From the NCBI GenBank assembly GCA_963558245.1, contig CAUWGA010000001.1, positions 82,588 through 146,587 of the forward strand: a DNA stretch of 64,000 nt, in the 5' to 3' direction. The stretch is from an uncultured Clostridia bacterium (GTDB lineage Bacteria > Bacillota > Clostridia > TANB77 > CAG-508). Each line of letters begins with the position of its first letter. The first letter of the stretch is position 1. Below, in pieces: positions 19,441 to 29,240 of the stretch. Below the pieces are notes generated by a model that was not told the origin of the DNA, searched no databases, and saw only the letters and a list, made by a program, of their open reading frames with translations. The position numbers and the translations under genes were made by a program.

Positions 19441-22400
19441 TTATTCACTTCTTAGTGCTAATACTGCATCTTCTTTTGCAGCTTTTTTAGATGGAATAAT
19501 TCCTCCTATTAAAGTTAAAACTACACTTAAAACAATTAAAATAATTCCGGCTATAAATGGTAATGATGCTTTAATATTTACTCCATTTGATAATATTGCA
19601 ATAATTTTATTTATAGGAATTATTAAAATTAAAGTAATTCCTATTCCAATTATTCCTGCAAGTCCACCTATAATAATAGTTTCAGCATTAAATACTTGAG
19701 ATATATTTTGTTTAGATGCTCCCATTGCTCTTAGAATTCCTATTTCTTTTTTTCGTTCTAATACACTAATATAAGTAATAACGCCTATCATTATAGAAGA
19801 AACAACTAATGATATTGCCACAAATGCAATTAGAACATAGCTTATTGTATCAACAATAGTTGTTATTGAACTCATTAAAGAACCTACCATGTCAGCATAA
19901 GAAATTACTTTATCTTCTTGACCACTTTCTTCCATACGTATATTATAGTCATTTAATAAATTAGTAATTGCTTTATTTCCTTCAAAATCTTTTGGGTAAA
20001 TACTAATTTCACTTGGATTGTCAGGATTTGCATAATTTAGTTTTTTCAAATTACCTTCATAAGTAACATCTTCTTTAGACATAAGTGAATTAAATAGTTC
20101 TGCTAATTCTTTGTCATTCATTTTCATTTTAAAAGCTCCCATAAAAGCATTTTCGTCTATGCTTATTGCATTTGTTAAAGATTTACTCAATTTTTGAATG
20201 TTTGATGTCATTTGCTTTTGCAAGCTTTTACTAAATGTTCCCATAACATTTTGCATATATTCTTTCATTATAATATTTATTTGTTTTTCTAAGTTTTGAG
20301 AAGTTATTATTTTAGATATGCTATTAGTTATAATTTTTTTAGCTTCTTCTGAATTCATATATTCTAAAATATATTTATTTAAATCTTCTACACTTACTAA
20401 TTCATTATCATTTACGTGTTTTTCATATCCTTCTAAAATTTCTCTCATCAGTTCTTCTAATTGTTTCTGTGTAATAGTCAAACTACCATTTTCTTTGATA
20501 AATTCTTGGATTTTTTTGTTTATTAATTCATTTGCTTCTTTTGATTTTAAATATTCTGTTAATTGTTTAGTTATTTGACTTATATTTGCTTCTGGCTTGT
20601 TTTTTACATATTCTTCATATCCTCTAGCAAAATCAATTATAATATTTTTTATATCTTCTTGTGACATCGAAAATTTAATTTTGCTTAAAATATCATTCAT
20701 ATTTAAGGCTGGTAATGAATTTTGTGTTAATACATTGTTTAAATTTCCAAAATCAACTTTTATTTTTGATTGGTCTATTTTAAAAGCTGATTTAATAGCA
20801 TTTGTATCTATTGAAATCAATGAATTCATGTCAAAAGCATTTTCTTTTTCAGGTTCATCAAATTTTTTACTTGTAAATACATTAACTTCTGGATTTTCTA
20901 ATTGGTCTTGTACTATCTTAGTATTTTTTGCTTTTTCTATAATATAACTTGTTAAAGTATTTGGATAATAAATTCCACTAGAAAGCATTGTACTTGTTGC
21001 GCCTTCTTTTGGCTTTACAATTCCAACTATCTTTAAATCTTCTCCATTTACTACAACATTTTTCATGTATTCTTTATTTTCAGATTTATCACGCCAAACT
21101 TTATACTCTCCATCATACTCATAACAGTCACTAACATTAATTAATTTAAACTTTTTTCCTAGAATATCATCATATGTGTATGAACCTAAATTATCAGGTG
21201 TATCTACATCTTCACCATTTGAAAATTGAGTAACTATATTTTGTAATTCTTTATAATCTCTTAACCCTAATGTATATAATAGAAAATCACTAATATTTCC
21301 TTGTGATGTCAAAACTAAGACACATTCATTATAATTTGTAGGCCATTTTCCTGCTTTTATATCATATTGACTTTCGTATAAGTTGCTATCTTTTGGCATT
21401 TCAAAAAATACATTTGTACTCATCATGTTAGACATCATACTATTGCTAGAAGCTCCTGCTCCCATTCCTAAACTTGAAAAAGTAGTATCTGGATTTACTT
21501 TCCTTATATTTTCTGTATCACTACTGTAAATAATTGGTGTAATATTATAAGAATATTCAACAGCTTTTGCATATTCTCTAATATTGCTTTCGTTACTTTC
21601 TAAATATTTTTTTAATGTTACTAAATCATTTGACCCTATTTTAGAAAACATATTAGTTATCCTTTTACTAACATTAATATCTCCCGTTTTTTGTTTTTCT
21701 TCTTCATTATTTGTTCCCACAAGTAATGAACTAACATCAATTCCTGTGCTTTGTATTTGTATTGGATATTCTGATAGTGTATCTTCTTCCACTGATTTGA
21801 TATACATATTAGCACCATTTAATAAAGATAGAATAAGAGCTATTCCAATAATACCAATTGAACCTGCAAAAGATGTTAAAATTGTTCTTCCTTTTTTAGT
21901 TTTTAAATTGTTAAAGCTTAAAGCTAATGAAGTTAAGAAAGACATTGTTGTTTTTCCTAAATTTTTATGTATTGGTTGTATTTTTTCTTCTTTGTCTATT
22001 ATGTATGGATTAGTATCTGAAAGAATTTTTCCATCTTTAATGTTTACAATTCGTGTAGCATAATTTTCTGCAAGTTCTGGATTATGTGTTACCATTACTA
22101 CTAATCGGTCTTTTGCAACTTCTTTTAATAACTCCATAACTTGAATACTTGTATCACTATCTAATGCCCCAGTCGGTTCATCAGCAAGCACAATATCTGG
22201 ATCATTTACTAATGCTCTTGCAATAGCAACTCTTTGCATTTGCCCTCCAGATAGCTGATTTGGCTTTTTATATATTTGTTTTGCTAATCCTACTTGTTCA
22301 AGTGCTTTTATAGCTTTTTGTTTTCTCTTATTTTTTGGCACACCTGATATAGTTAAAGCTAGTTCTACATTTGCTAAAATGGTTTGATGTGGTATTAAAT

Positions 22401-22677
22401 TATAACTTTGGAATACAAATCCTATTGTATGATTACGATAAGAATCCCAGTCTCTATCTTTATATTTTTTAGTAGAAATTCCATTTATTATCAAATCACC
22501 TTTATCATAACGGTCCAAGCCTCCAATAATGTTTAAAAGTGTTGTTTTCCCAGAACCACTTGGCCCAAGAATTGCAATAAATTCATTATTCCTTAAGTTT
22601 AAACTTACATCATCTAAAGCTGTTTGTATTAATTCTCCTGTTTTATATTGTTTATTAACATTTTTTATTTGTAACAT
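19441..22677 (-). CDS. MacB/FtsX-type ABC transporter, fused ATP-binding and permease protein
   Basis: 1078 aa. The N-terminal ATPase has GPSGSGKTT, LSGGQMQR and LADEPTGALD. A long extracytoplasmic coiled region follows, then a C-terminal FtsX-type permease helices block. Confidence 0.88.
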   Translation of the reverse strand: MLQIKNVNKQYKTGELIQTALDDVSLNLRNNEFIAILGPSGSGKTTLLNIIGGLDRYDKGDLIINGISTKKYKDRDWDSYRNHTIGFVFQSYNLIPHQTILANVELALTISGVPKNKRKQKAIKALEQVGLAKQIYKKPNQLSGGQMQRVAIARALVNDPDIVLADEPTGALDSDTSIQVMELLKEVAKDRLVVMVTHNPELAENYATRIVNIKDGKILSDTNPYIIDKEEKIQPIHKNLGKTTMSFLTSLALSFNNLKTKKGRTILTSFAGSIGIIGIALILSLLNGANMYIKSVEEDTLSEYPIQIQSTGIDVSSLLVGTNNEEEKQKTGDINVSKRITNMFSKIGSNDLVTLKKYLESNESNIREYAKAVEYSYNITPIIYSSDTENIRKVNPDTTFSSLGMGAGASSNSMMSNMMSTNVFFEMPKDSNLYESQYDIKAGKWPTNYNECVLVLTSQGNISDFLLYTLGLRDYKELQNIVTQFSNGEDVDTPDNLGSYTYDDILGKKFKLINVSDCYEYDGEYKVWRDKSENKEYMKNVVVNGEDLKIVGIVKPKEGATSTMLSSGIYYPNTLTSYIIEKAKNTKIVQDQLENPEVNVFTSKKFDEPEKENAFDMNSLISIDTNAIKSAFKIDQSKIKVDFGNLNNVLTQNSLPALNMNDILSKIKFSMSQEDIKNIIIDFARGYEEYVKNKPEANISQITKQLTEYLKSKEANELINKKIQEFIKENGSLTITQKQLEELMREILEGYEKHVNDNELVSVEDLNKYILEYMNSEEAKKIITNSISKIITSQNLEKQINIIMKEYMQNVMGTFSKSLQKQMTSNIQKLSKSLTNAISIDENAFMGAFKMKMNDKELAELFNSLMSKEDVTYEGNLKKLNYANPDNPSEISIYPKDFEGNKAITNLLNDYNIRMEESGQEDKVISYADMVGSLMSSITTIVDTISYVLIAFVAISLVVSSIMIGVITYISVLERKKEIGILRAMGASKQNISQVFNAETIIIGGLAGIIGIGITLILIIPINKIIAILSNGVNIKASLPFIAGIILIVLSVVLTLIGGIIPSKKAAKEDAVLALRSE

Positions 22678-22687
22678 TTATAATCTC

Positions 22688-23173
22688 CTATTTATTTAAT
22701 TCTTTTATATATCTAACATCACAAGCAAAATGTTCTGTTTTTACTACTGGTTTGTCAATTCTAACAAATCCATAGTTTTCATAACATTTCTGTGCAGCAA
22801 TCATATTGTCTAGTGTTTCTAAATAGCACTTATTGTAATATTTTTTTGCATAGTTTAATGCTGTTTTTATAAGTTCATGAGCTACTCCTGTTCCTCTTAT
22901 TTCTTGTAAGCAATACATTTTTTGCAATTCGCATATTTCGTTTGTTCCTTCTAAATTCCCAATTCCTACTCCACCAATTATTTTTCCTTCTTTATTTTCT
23001 GCTACCCAATATTTATTTCCTTCTGTATTATATATTTCAGAAAACCTTCCTAAGTCTGGGTCAGTCCAAGCAGTTCCTTCATGATTTGCTCCGAATTCAA
23101 TTAAACAAGTTCTAATCACATTTTCTATTTGTTTATTGTCTTTACTTTCAATTTCTCTAATAATATATTCCAT
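22688..23173 (-). CDS. GNAT family N-acetyltransferase
   Basis: 161 aa with acetyl-CoA motif QEIRGTGVAHELI. Confidence 0.8.
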   Translation of the reverse strand: MEYIIREIESKDNKQIENVIRTCLIEFGANHEGTAWTDPDLGRFSEIYNTEGNKYWVAENKEGKIIGGVGIGNLEGTNEICELQKMYCLQEIRGTGVAHELIKTALNYAKKYYNKCYLETLDNMIAAQKCYENYGFVRIDKPVVKTEHFACDVRYIKELNK

Positions 23174-23206
23174 TTATACTCTCCAATTTTAGGTTTCTTA
23201 ATAAAA

Positions 23207-25591
23207 CTATTCATCTGTGTATTTTTTTACAAATTCACATTTAAAATCTTCTGAATTAGTTTTTGCTTTATTTAACAATTCTTCTACCATTTCTTTTGTA
23301 TATCCGCTACTTTTTTTCTCATAAAATTTCTTTAATGGCTTTTGTAAATCCATCATCACTTTTGTTGCCTTATTTACATTTTGTTCTTTAAGTAGTTTTT
23401 GCATTTTTTCCATTTCTTTTGAATAAATATATGCTCCTATTTTAGTATTTTTTATTTGTTCTAATGTATTTTCTTGTGTTACATCTTTTATATTTAGAAC
23501 TCTATCTGGTATTTTTGAATTTAATATACACTCAAAATCTTTATCATTAACATTTTGAATGTCTCCTTTATAATATACTTGTGGATATTCTTTATTTATA
23601 TTTTTATCTTCTGATAGAATATATATTTCTTTTTGTAATTCTATGTTTTCACTTGAGCTTCCTATAAAAATATTATATATTCCTTGTTCTATCGACCATT
23701 TTCTAGTTTCAGGATTAAAATATGATAAATCTTCTTTATTTAAAGAAAGATTTACTTTTCTTTCTTCTCCTACATCTAATTCTATTTTTACAAAATCTTT
23801 TAATTCTTTTATAGGTCTAAATATTTTAGGTTCTTTTTTTCCTACATATATTTGTGCAATTTCTTTTCCTTTTTTATTTCCTATATTTTTTAAATAAAAT
23901 TCTATCTCAATTCTATCTTTTTCATCTTTAATATTTAAATTTCTATATTTAAATTGTGTATAACTCATGCCATATCCAAAAGGAAATAATACTTTTTTAT
24001 TTACTTTGTCATAATATCTATATCCAACATAAATACTTTCTTTATATTCAACACTTAATTCAGATCCAGGAAAGTTTTTAAAGCATGGTGTATCTTCTAA
24101 TTTTAATGGATACGTTTCTGATAATTTTCCACTTGGATTTATATCTCCAAATAAACAATTTACCATTGCACTTGCTCCTGCTTCTCCACCTAAATATCCT
24201 GTAATTATTCCTTTAACTTTATTTATCCAAGGCATACAAATTGGTGAACCATTTGATAAAACAATTACTACATTTTCATTAACTTCACATATTTTGTTTA
24301 TTAATTCATTTTGATTTTTTGAAATATCTAATATTGTTCTATCCATACCTTCTGATTCATAATTTTCTGTAAGTCCTACACATATTAAAACAATGTCATT
24401 TTTCTTTGCTAACTCTATTGCTTCTTTTTGTAAATCTGCTTCTTCTTCATAGCTTTGTTCTACTCTGTTATATCCTTTTGCATAATCAAATTTTATATTT
24501 TTTTCTTTTAAGCAATCATATATATTTTCTATTTTATATGGATTTATTGTAGAACTTCCTGCTCCTTGATATCTAGGATTTTTTGCCATATCTCCAATCA
24601 CTGCAATCTTTTGTTTATTTATTGGTAATATATTTTTGTCATTTTTTAGTAGAACAATAGAATCTTCTGCTATTTTTCTAGCCATTTCATGGTGCTTTTC
24701 TTGATTATAATTGTTAATATTTTCTTTTTTCTTTGACATAAAAATTACATTTAAAATTCTATCTACAATTTCATCTAAATATTTTTCTTTTACTTTTCCA
24801 GAATTTACAGCTTGTATTATTTCTTCTATGCCATTACCTCTTCCTCCTGGCATCTCTAATTCATTACCTGCTAATAAACCTTCTACTCTATCGTTTTCAG
24901 CTCCCCAGTCTGTTATTACTATACCATCAAAATTCCATTCTTTTTTTAAAATATCTATTAACATTTTATTTTCTGTACAATATTTCCCATTTACTTTGTT
25001 ATATGCACTCATTATTGACCAAGGCTTCGCTTCTTTTACAATTATTTCAAACGGTTTTAAATAAATTTCTCTTAATGTTCTTTCATCTAGTACAGTATTA
25101 ATAGTTCTTCTTCTATTTTCTTGGTTGTTAGCTGCAAAATGTTTTACACAAGCTCCAACACCTTCAGTTTGCATCCCTTTTACATATTCAGCACCTATTT
25201 TTCCACTTAAAATTGGATCTTCTGAAAAATATTCAAAATTTCTTCCACATAAAGGACTTCTTTTTATATTTACTCCTGGTCCTAAAACTATATTTACATC
25301 TTCACATGCAGCTTCTTTTCCTATTGTTTTTCCCATTTCATACGCAAGTTCTTTATTCCAAGAGTTTGCTAAAGTAGCTCCACTTGGAAAGCATGTTGAA
25401 ACTTCACTTTTATTTATACCTAAATTATCTGCTTTAGTTTTTTGTACTCTCAGTCCGTGTGGTCCATCAGACATTTTTATACTTGGAATTGATAATCTTT
25501 CAATTGCTTTACTATTCCAATAATCTCCTCCAACACATAACATTGCTTTTTCTTCTAATGTCATCTTATTTATTAATTCTCTGTACTTCAT
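23207..25591 (-). CDS. Glycoside hydrolase family 3 beta-glucosidase
   Basis: 794 aa. Contains SDGPHGLR, KHFAANNQE and the catalytic-Asp context VITDWGA, with GH3 C-terminal and Fn3-like regions. Confidence 0.9.
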   Translation of the reverse strand: MKYRELINKMTLEEKAMLCVGGDYWNSKAIERLSIPSIKMSDGPHGLRVQKTKADNLGINKSEVSTCFPSGATLANSWNKELAYEMGKTIGKEAACEDVNIVLGPGVNIKRSPLCGRNFEYFSEDPILSGKIGAEYVKGMQTEGVGACVKHFAANNQENRRRTINTVLDERTLREIYLKPFEIIVKEAKPWSIMSAYNKVNGKYCTENKMLIDILKKEWNFDGIVITDWGAENDRVEGLLAGNELEMPGGRGNGIEEIIQAVNSGKVKEKYLDEIVDRILNVIFMSKKKENINNYNQEKHHEMARKIAEDSIVLLKNDKNILPINKQKIAVIGDMAKNPRYQGAGSSTINPYKIENIYDCLKEKNIKFDYAKGYNRVEQSYEEEADLQKEAIELAKKNDIVLICVGLTENYESEGMDRTILDISKNQNELINKICEVNENVVIVLSNGSPICMPWINKVKGIITGYLGGEAGASAMVNCLFGDINPSGKLSETYPLKLEDTPCFKNFPGSELSVEYKESIYVGYRYYDKVNKKVLFPFGYGMSYTQFKYRNLNIKDEKDRIEIEFYLKNIGNKKGKEIAQIYVGKKEPKIFRPIKELKDFVKIELDVGEERKVNLSLNKEDLSYFNPETRKWSIEQGIYNIFIGSSSENIELQKEIYILSEDKNINKEYPQVYYKGDIQNVNDKDFECILNSKIPDRVLNIKDVTQENTLEQIKNTKIGAYIYSKEMEKMQKLLKEQNVNKATKVMMDLQKPLKKFYEKKSSGYTKEMVEELLNKAKTNSEDFKCEFVKKYTDE

Positions 25592-25658
25592 ATTCTTCTC
25601 TCCTTGTATTTTATATAATTTATAATATACAACATCATCCTTTTTTTTTCAATATTAC

Positions 25659-25687
25659 TTGACATATTTGTCTTTTATTAATATAAT
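25659..25687 (+). promoter_or_regulatory. Consensus sigma-A promoter (TTGACA-17-TATAAT) for the plus-strand glycosyltransferase island
   Basis: Exact TTGACA at 25659-25664 and TATAAT at 25682-25687. AGGAGG RBS lies before the ATG at 25751. Confidence 0.8.
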
Positions 25688-25750
25688 CTTTTAAACTTTT
25701 TGTGTCATTATAAACTGCAAAATTTTGCATTATAAAAGGAGGACGAGTTT

Positions 25751-26623
25751 ATGTTGTTCAGTATTATTATACCTACGTTTAATGCAGCTAAAAATATTCG
25801 GAAATGTCTTGATAGTATATTAAATCAAACATTTTCTGATTTTGAAGTTCTTGTCATTAATGACGGTTCTACAGATGAAACTGGAGATATCTTAGAAGAA
25901 TATTCTTCTAAATTTTCTAACATCCGCGTTTTTACTTTTTCTAATAGTGGTGTTGGAATTTCTAGAAGAAGGGGAATTTCACTTGCTCAAGGTGAATATC
26001 TAATTTTTGTTGATTCAGATGATTCTATTAACTCTGGACTATTATACGAATTGTACAATACAATATCTTCTTTCGAATGTCACCTAGATGTTATTCGTTA
26101 TCAATGTGAAATTGTTAATGATAATATTAATAAAGATCATCAAAGATACAATTTTTTTAATACTAAGGAATTGCTTAGTGGTCTTGATGCTTTAAAAAGT
26201 TGGTCTGTATCTGGAAAAAAATATGCTGTATATTGGTTGTTCTGCTTCAGAAAAACTGTTTTTACTAATTTATTATTCGTACCTGATTTAAAATGCTACG
26301 AAGATGTTGCTTTAATTCCATTACTAATAGCAAGTTCTAAATATGTTGTAACAATTCCTTATGTTGGTTACAACTATAGTTATGGTAATGCTTTAAGTCT
26401 TACAAATACTAAAACAAGATCTGCTGAACGTTCCAGAGCTTATGATTTTTTTGCAGCATATGATTTTGCTGTTCACAATTTTATTAAACTGGATAATATT
26501 ACAACTTCTGACATTGCATTTTTTATTAGTGATTATAATAAAAGGCTTATTGGCAAATTTAATTCACTTGATAAAAAATTACAAGAAGAATTTAAACGAA
26601 TGTTAGCTTCTAGAGTAAATTAA
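25751..26623 (+). CDS. Glycosyltransferase family 2
   Basis: 290 aa. Begins FSIIIPTFNAAKNIRKCLDSILNQTFSDFEVLVINDGSTDETG and has a DSDD motif. Confidence 0.9.
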   Translation: MLFSIIIPTFNAAKNIRKCLDSILNQTFSDFEVLVINDGSTDETGDILEEYSSKFSNIRVFTFSNSGVGISRRRGISLAQGEYLIFVDSDDSINSGLLYELYNTISSFECHLDVIRYQCEIVNDNINKDHQRYNFFNTKELLSGLDALKSWSVSGKKYAVYWLFCFRKTVFTNLLFVPDLKCYEDVALIPLLIASSKYVVTIPYVGYNYSYGNALSLTNTKTRSAERSRAYDFFAAYDFAVHNFIKLDNITTSDIAFFISDYNKRLIGKFNSLDKKLQEEFKRMLASRVN

Positions 26624-26626
26624 TTT

Positions 26627-26660
26627 TCTCCCTTCAGTTATGCTGAAGGGAATTTTTTTA
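26627..26660 (+). terminator. Rho-independent terminator after the GT2 gene
   Basis: Stem tctcccttcag / ctgaagggaa with a 5-nt loop, followed by a T7 run. Confidence 0.85.
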
Positions 26661-26808
26661 TATATTAGGAAAGTCATGCTGACTTTCTAATATATAAAAC
26701 CCTATTGTACACAATTTTACTAACGTAAAATTGGCACACGAACAAATTAACGGAAAGCCTAAGAGAAAGATTAAAATTATGCTAATTTAAGGGCTTTCCG
26801 ATTTGTTC
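26661..26808 (+). other. Three further consecutive inverted repeats (hairpins H2-H4) between the two glycosyltransferase genes
   Basis: H2 is tatattaggaaagtca-tgc-tgactttctaatata. H3 is caattttac-taac-gtaaaattg. H4 is gaacaaat(taa)cggaaagcc-31 nt-gggctttccgatttgttc. The stretch looks locally more G+C-rich than its flanks, judged by eye. Confidence 0.7.
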
Positions 26809-26877
26809 TAATTTCTTCTTGCTTTTTTGAATAAAATATCTTATATTATTTATAGTAAAAAGTGAAAAGGGGAAAAT

Positions 26878-28119
26878 ATGTTATATTTATTTTATTTAAT
26901 AATATTTATAGAAATACTAACTATTTTATATAACTTACTTAAATTTATAATATTTAGAATAAAAAGAAATCATAATTCTAAATCAAATATTTGTAACAGG
27001 CAGGCATACGAGTTGAATATACTTATTCCTTGTTTTGAAGAAACAAAAATTATAGAACAAACATTGAAACATTTTCGACACATTATTAATAAATTTCCCA
27101 ATATTAATGTATATGTTATAACTACACAAAAAGAAGATTCAAATATAAAATCTTCTTCTAAAATTTCTACATATGATTATTTGAATAATTTAGAGTTTTT
27201 TAATTCTAAAAACTTTAACATTATCCATTATCCTAATATTTCTGGTATGATGGCTGACCAATTAAATTACGGGATTCAAACAATTTTAAAAAATTCTAAA
27301 TTTCCGCAAGATAGAATATATTTTTCTATCTACAATGCTGATAGTAATCCTGATTTTTCTACCTTTACAGAAATTAATACCGTAATAAATAATAATAAAT
27401 TTCCAAAAATTATTCAACAATATAGTAATTATTTTTCAAATTATAATAACCAAAACTTTATTATGAAAGGTTTTTCTATATATCAAACTGCATTTGAGAT
27501 TAGAAATGGTATTATAAATAATAAAGTTTCACCATTATTATATTCACACGTTGTAGGACATGGATTAACTATTAGAGCTGATTATATTAATAATATAAAT
27601 GGATTTAATACTAACTTTTGGTGTGAAGACATTTTTCTTACAGGTTTATTGTTTAATAATTCTGAACATATTTTACCACTATATTCTTTAGATAATGCTG
27701 AAAATCCAACAAAACTTACTACTCAAATAATTCAAAATGCTGTATGGTTTAAAACTGCTTTTAATCATTTCAATATTTTTAAAGATATTAAAAACAGTTA
27801 TAAAATAACCTCAAAAGGATTTTTATGGCTAATTCACGAATTCAGAGCTTCATTAGTGTGGTTATTTATGCCTATATTTTTAATTTTTAGCTTTATATAT
27901 CCTATTTTTATACAGAATTTAAAAATGCTAATATTAGCTTTAGTTACTTATTTAATTTTTGTGTTTACAAATTATATGTTAAATTTAATTGTAGTAAATG
28001 TAAAAAGATTTAGTAAATATATAAAAAATTACTTTTCTCTCGCATTTGCCGTTTTGTTTACAGGATTAGGACCTTTATACTCTTTCTTTTTAAAAGAAAA
28101 AGTTAAAACAGAACGCTAA
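26878..28119 (+). CDS. Membrane-embedded glycosyltransferase (GT2-like) with N- and C-terminal TM helices
   Basis: 413 aa. Has an N-terminal TM, a GT-A-like core (ILIPCFEE..., YNADSNPD) and QNAVW in place of the QxxRW motif. Several TM helices follow at the C-terminus. Confidence 0.65.
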   Translation: MLYLFYLIIFIEILTILYNLLKFIIFRIKRNHNSKSNICNRQAYELNILIPCFEETKIIEQTLKHFRHIINKFPNINVYVITTQKEDSNIKSSSKISTYDYLNNLEFFNSKNFNIIHYPNISGMMADQLNYGIQTILKNSKFPQDRIYFSIYNADSNPDFSTFTEINTVINNNKFPKIIQQYSNYFSNYNNQNFIMKGFSIYQTAFEIRNGIINNKVSPLLYSHVVGHGLTIRADYINNINGFNTNFWCEDIFLTGLLFNNSEHILPLYSLDNAENPTKLTTQIIQNAVWFKTAFNHFNIFKDIKNSYKITSKGFLWLIHEFRASLVWLFMPIFLIFSFIYPIFIQNLKMLILALVTYLIFVFTNYMLNLIVVNVKRFSKYIKNYFSLAFAVLFTGLGPLYSFFLKEKVKTER

Positions 28120-28161
28120 ATATTTTATTGCTAGTAATTTAGAATTATCTATATCAATATA

Positions 28162-28276
28162 AAAAGCTTTTGTATTTAATAATTTTCACGAATTGTGAGT
28201 ACATTTAGAAAATATTTAAATATATTTATATTTTCTAAATTGAGATAACAAAAAATCTTTGAATACAAAAGCTTTT
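28162..28276. repeat. Nested inverted repeats between convergent genes
   Basis: Outer arms are aaaagcttttgtatt (28162-28176) and aatacaaaagctttt (28262-28276), 15/15. Inner arms are tttagaaaatat (28204-28215) and atattttctaaa (28228-28239), 12/12. Confidence 0.8.
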
Positions 28277-28364
28277 AAATCAAATTATTTTAGTATATTA
28301 AAATGAATTATTCTATTTATGCTAATTAATAATAAATAATTAAATATTCAACACGAACCATCAA

Positions 28365-29240
28365 TTATATATGCCAGTTTTTTATAATATCTTTACTAAT
28401 ATTTAAATTATCATATCCTGTTCCTAATTTTCTATCCTTTTTTCTTTCTCCGTGACAGTCTGAACCTCCTGACATTAATAAATTATTATCTTTACAGTAT
28501 AATTTTAAAAATTCCATTTGCTCTTTTGTAAACGAGCTATGATAAACTTCTATTCCATCTATCAAATTTTTTTTAGTTATTTCATCAAGTAAATTTATAT
28601 AATTGTCTAATTTATATTTATATAAATGTGCTAAAAAGATTTTTCCATTATACTTATGTATTAATTTATTAAAAAATTCTAATGTTGGCATTTGTTTTGA
28701 AAAATCTCTATATAACGGAAACTTTTTATCTATTGTGCAGGTTCTAAAAAAGTTTTCTTTGCTTTCCCATTCTTTTTCTCTGAATAGCTTTTTATTTTCT
28801 TTGCATTTTACTATACTATCATATATTACATCTACTGGATATTCACAATCTGGATTATATTTTAAATTATCTTCTATTTTTATTCTATTTTTTCTGCATA
28901 ATTGAACTAACTCATTAAATTCTTCGATTAATCTCATTTTGTTTTTTTCTGGAGTATAGTAGTTTTCCAAAAAGTTTTGAATTGGTTTTACCTCAAAACC
29001 GTATGCTAATATTTCTATTTTTATACCATTATATGTACAATTTAATTCTACTCCTTGTATTAATTTGCCTTTATAAATTTCTTTTAATTCTGGATTTTGT
29101 TCAATTTCAATATAAGATTTAGCTGTATCATGGTCTGTAATTGAAAAAACTTCTAGTCCCATTTTTTCTGCTTTTTCTAACATTTCTTTTGTTGTCCATG
29201 TGCCATCAGAATTTGTTGTATGTACATGCAAATCAATCAT
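28365..29240 (-). CDS. PHP-domain phosphoesterase (TrpH/YciV-like)
   Basis: 291 aa. Begins MIDLHVHTTNSDGT..., then SITDHDT, with C-terminal GGSDCHG. Overlaps the upstream kinase gene by 8 nt. Confidence 0.85.
   Translation of the reverse strand: MIDLHVHTTNSDGTWTTKEMLEKAEKMGLEVFSITDHDTAKSYIEIEQNPELKEIYKGKLIQGVELNCTYNGIKIEILAYGFEVKPIQNFLENYYTPEKNKMRLIEEFNELVQLCRKNRIKIEDNLKYNPDCEYPVDVIYDSIVKCKENKKLFREKEWESKENFFRTCTIDKKFPLYRDFSKQMPTLEFFNKLIHKYNGKIFLAHLYKYKLDNYINLLDEITKKNLIDGIEVYHSSFTKEQMEFLKLYCKDNNLLMSGGSDCHGERKKDRKLGTGYDNLNISKDIIKNWHI

Noticed and set aside
26740-26808. Possible c-di-GMP-I (GEMM-I) riboswitch, because ACGGAAAGCC resembles the conserved ACGCAAAGCC and the element sits next to glycosyltransferase genes
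   Set aside because: The rest of the GEMM-I consensus is absent: no GGCAAA, no GNRA tetraloop and receptor, no second hairpin with CCGG pairing. The segment pairs instead with a simple distal complement. It also lies upstream of the candidate promoter of the downstream gene.
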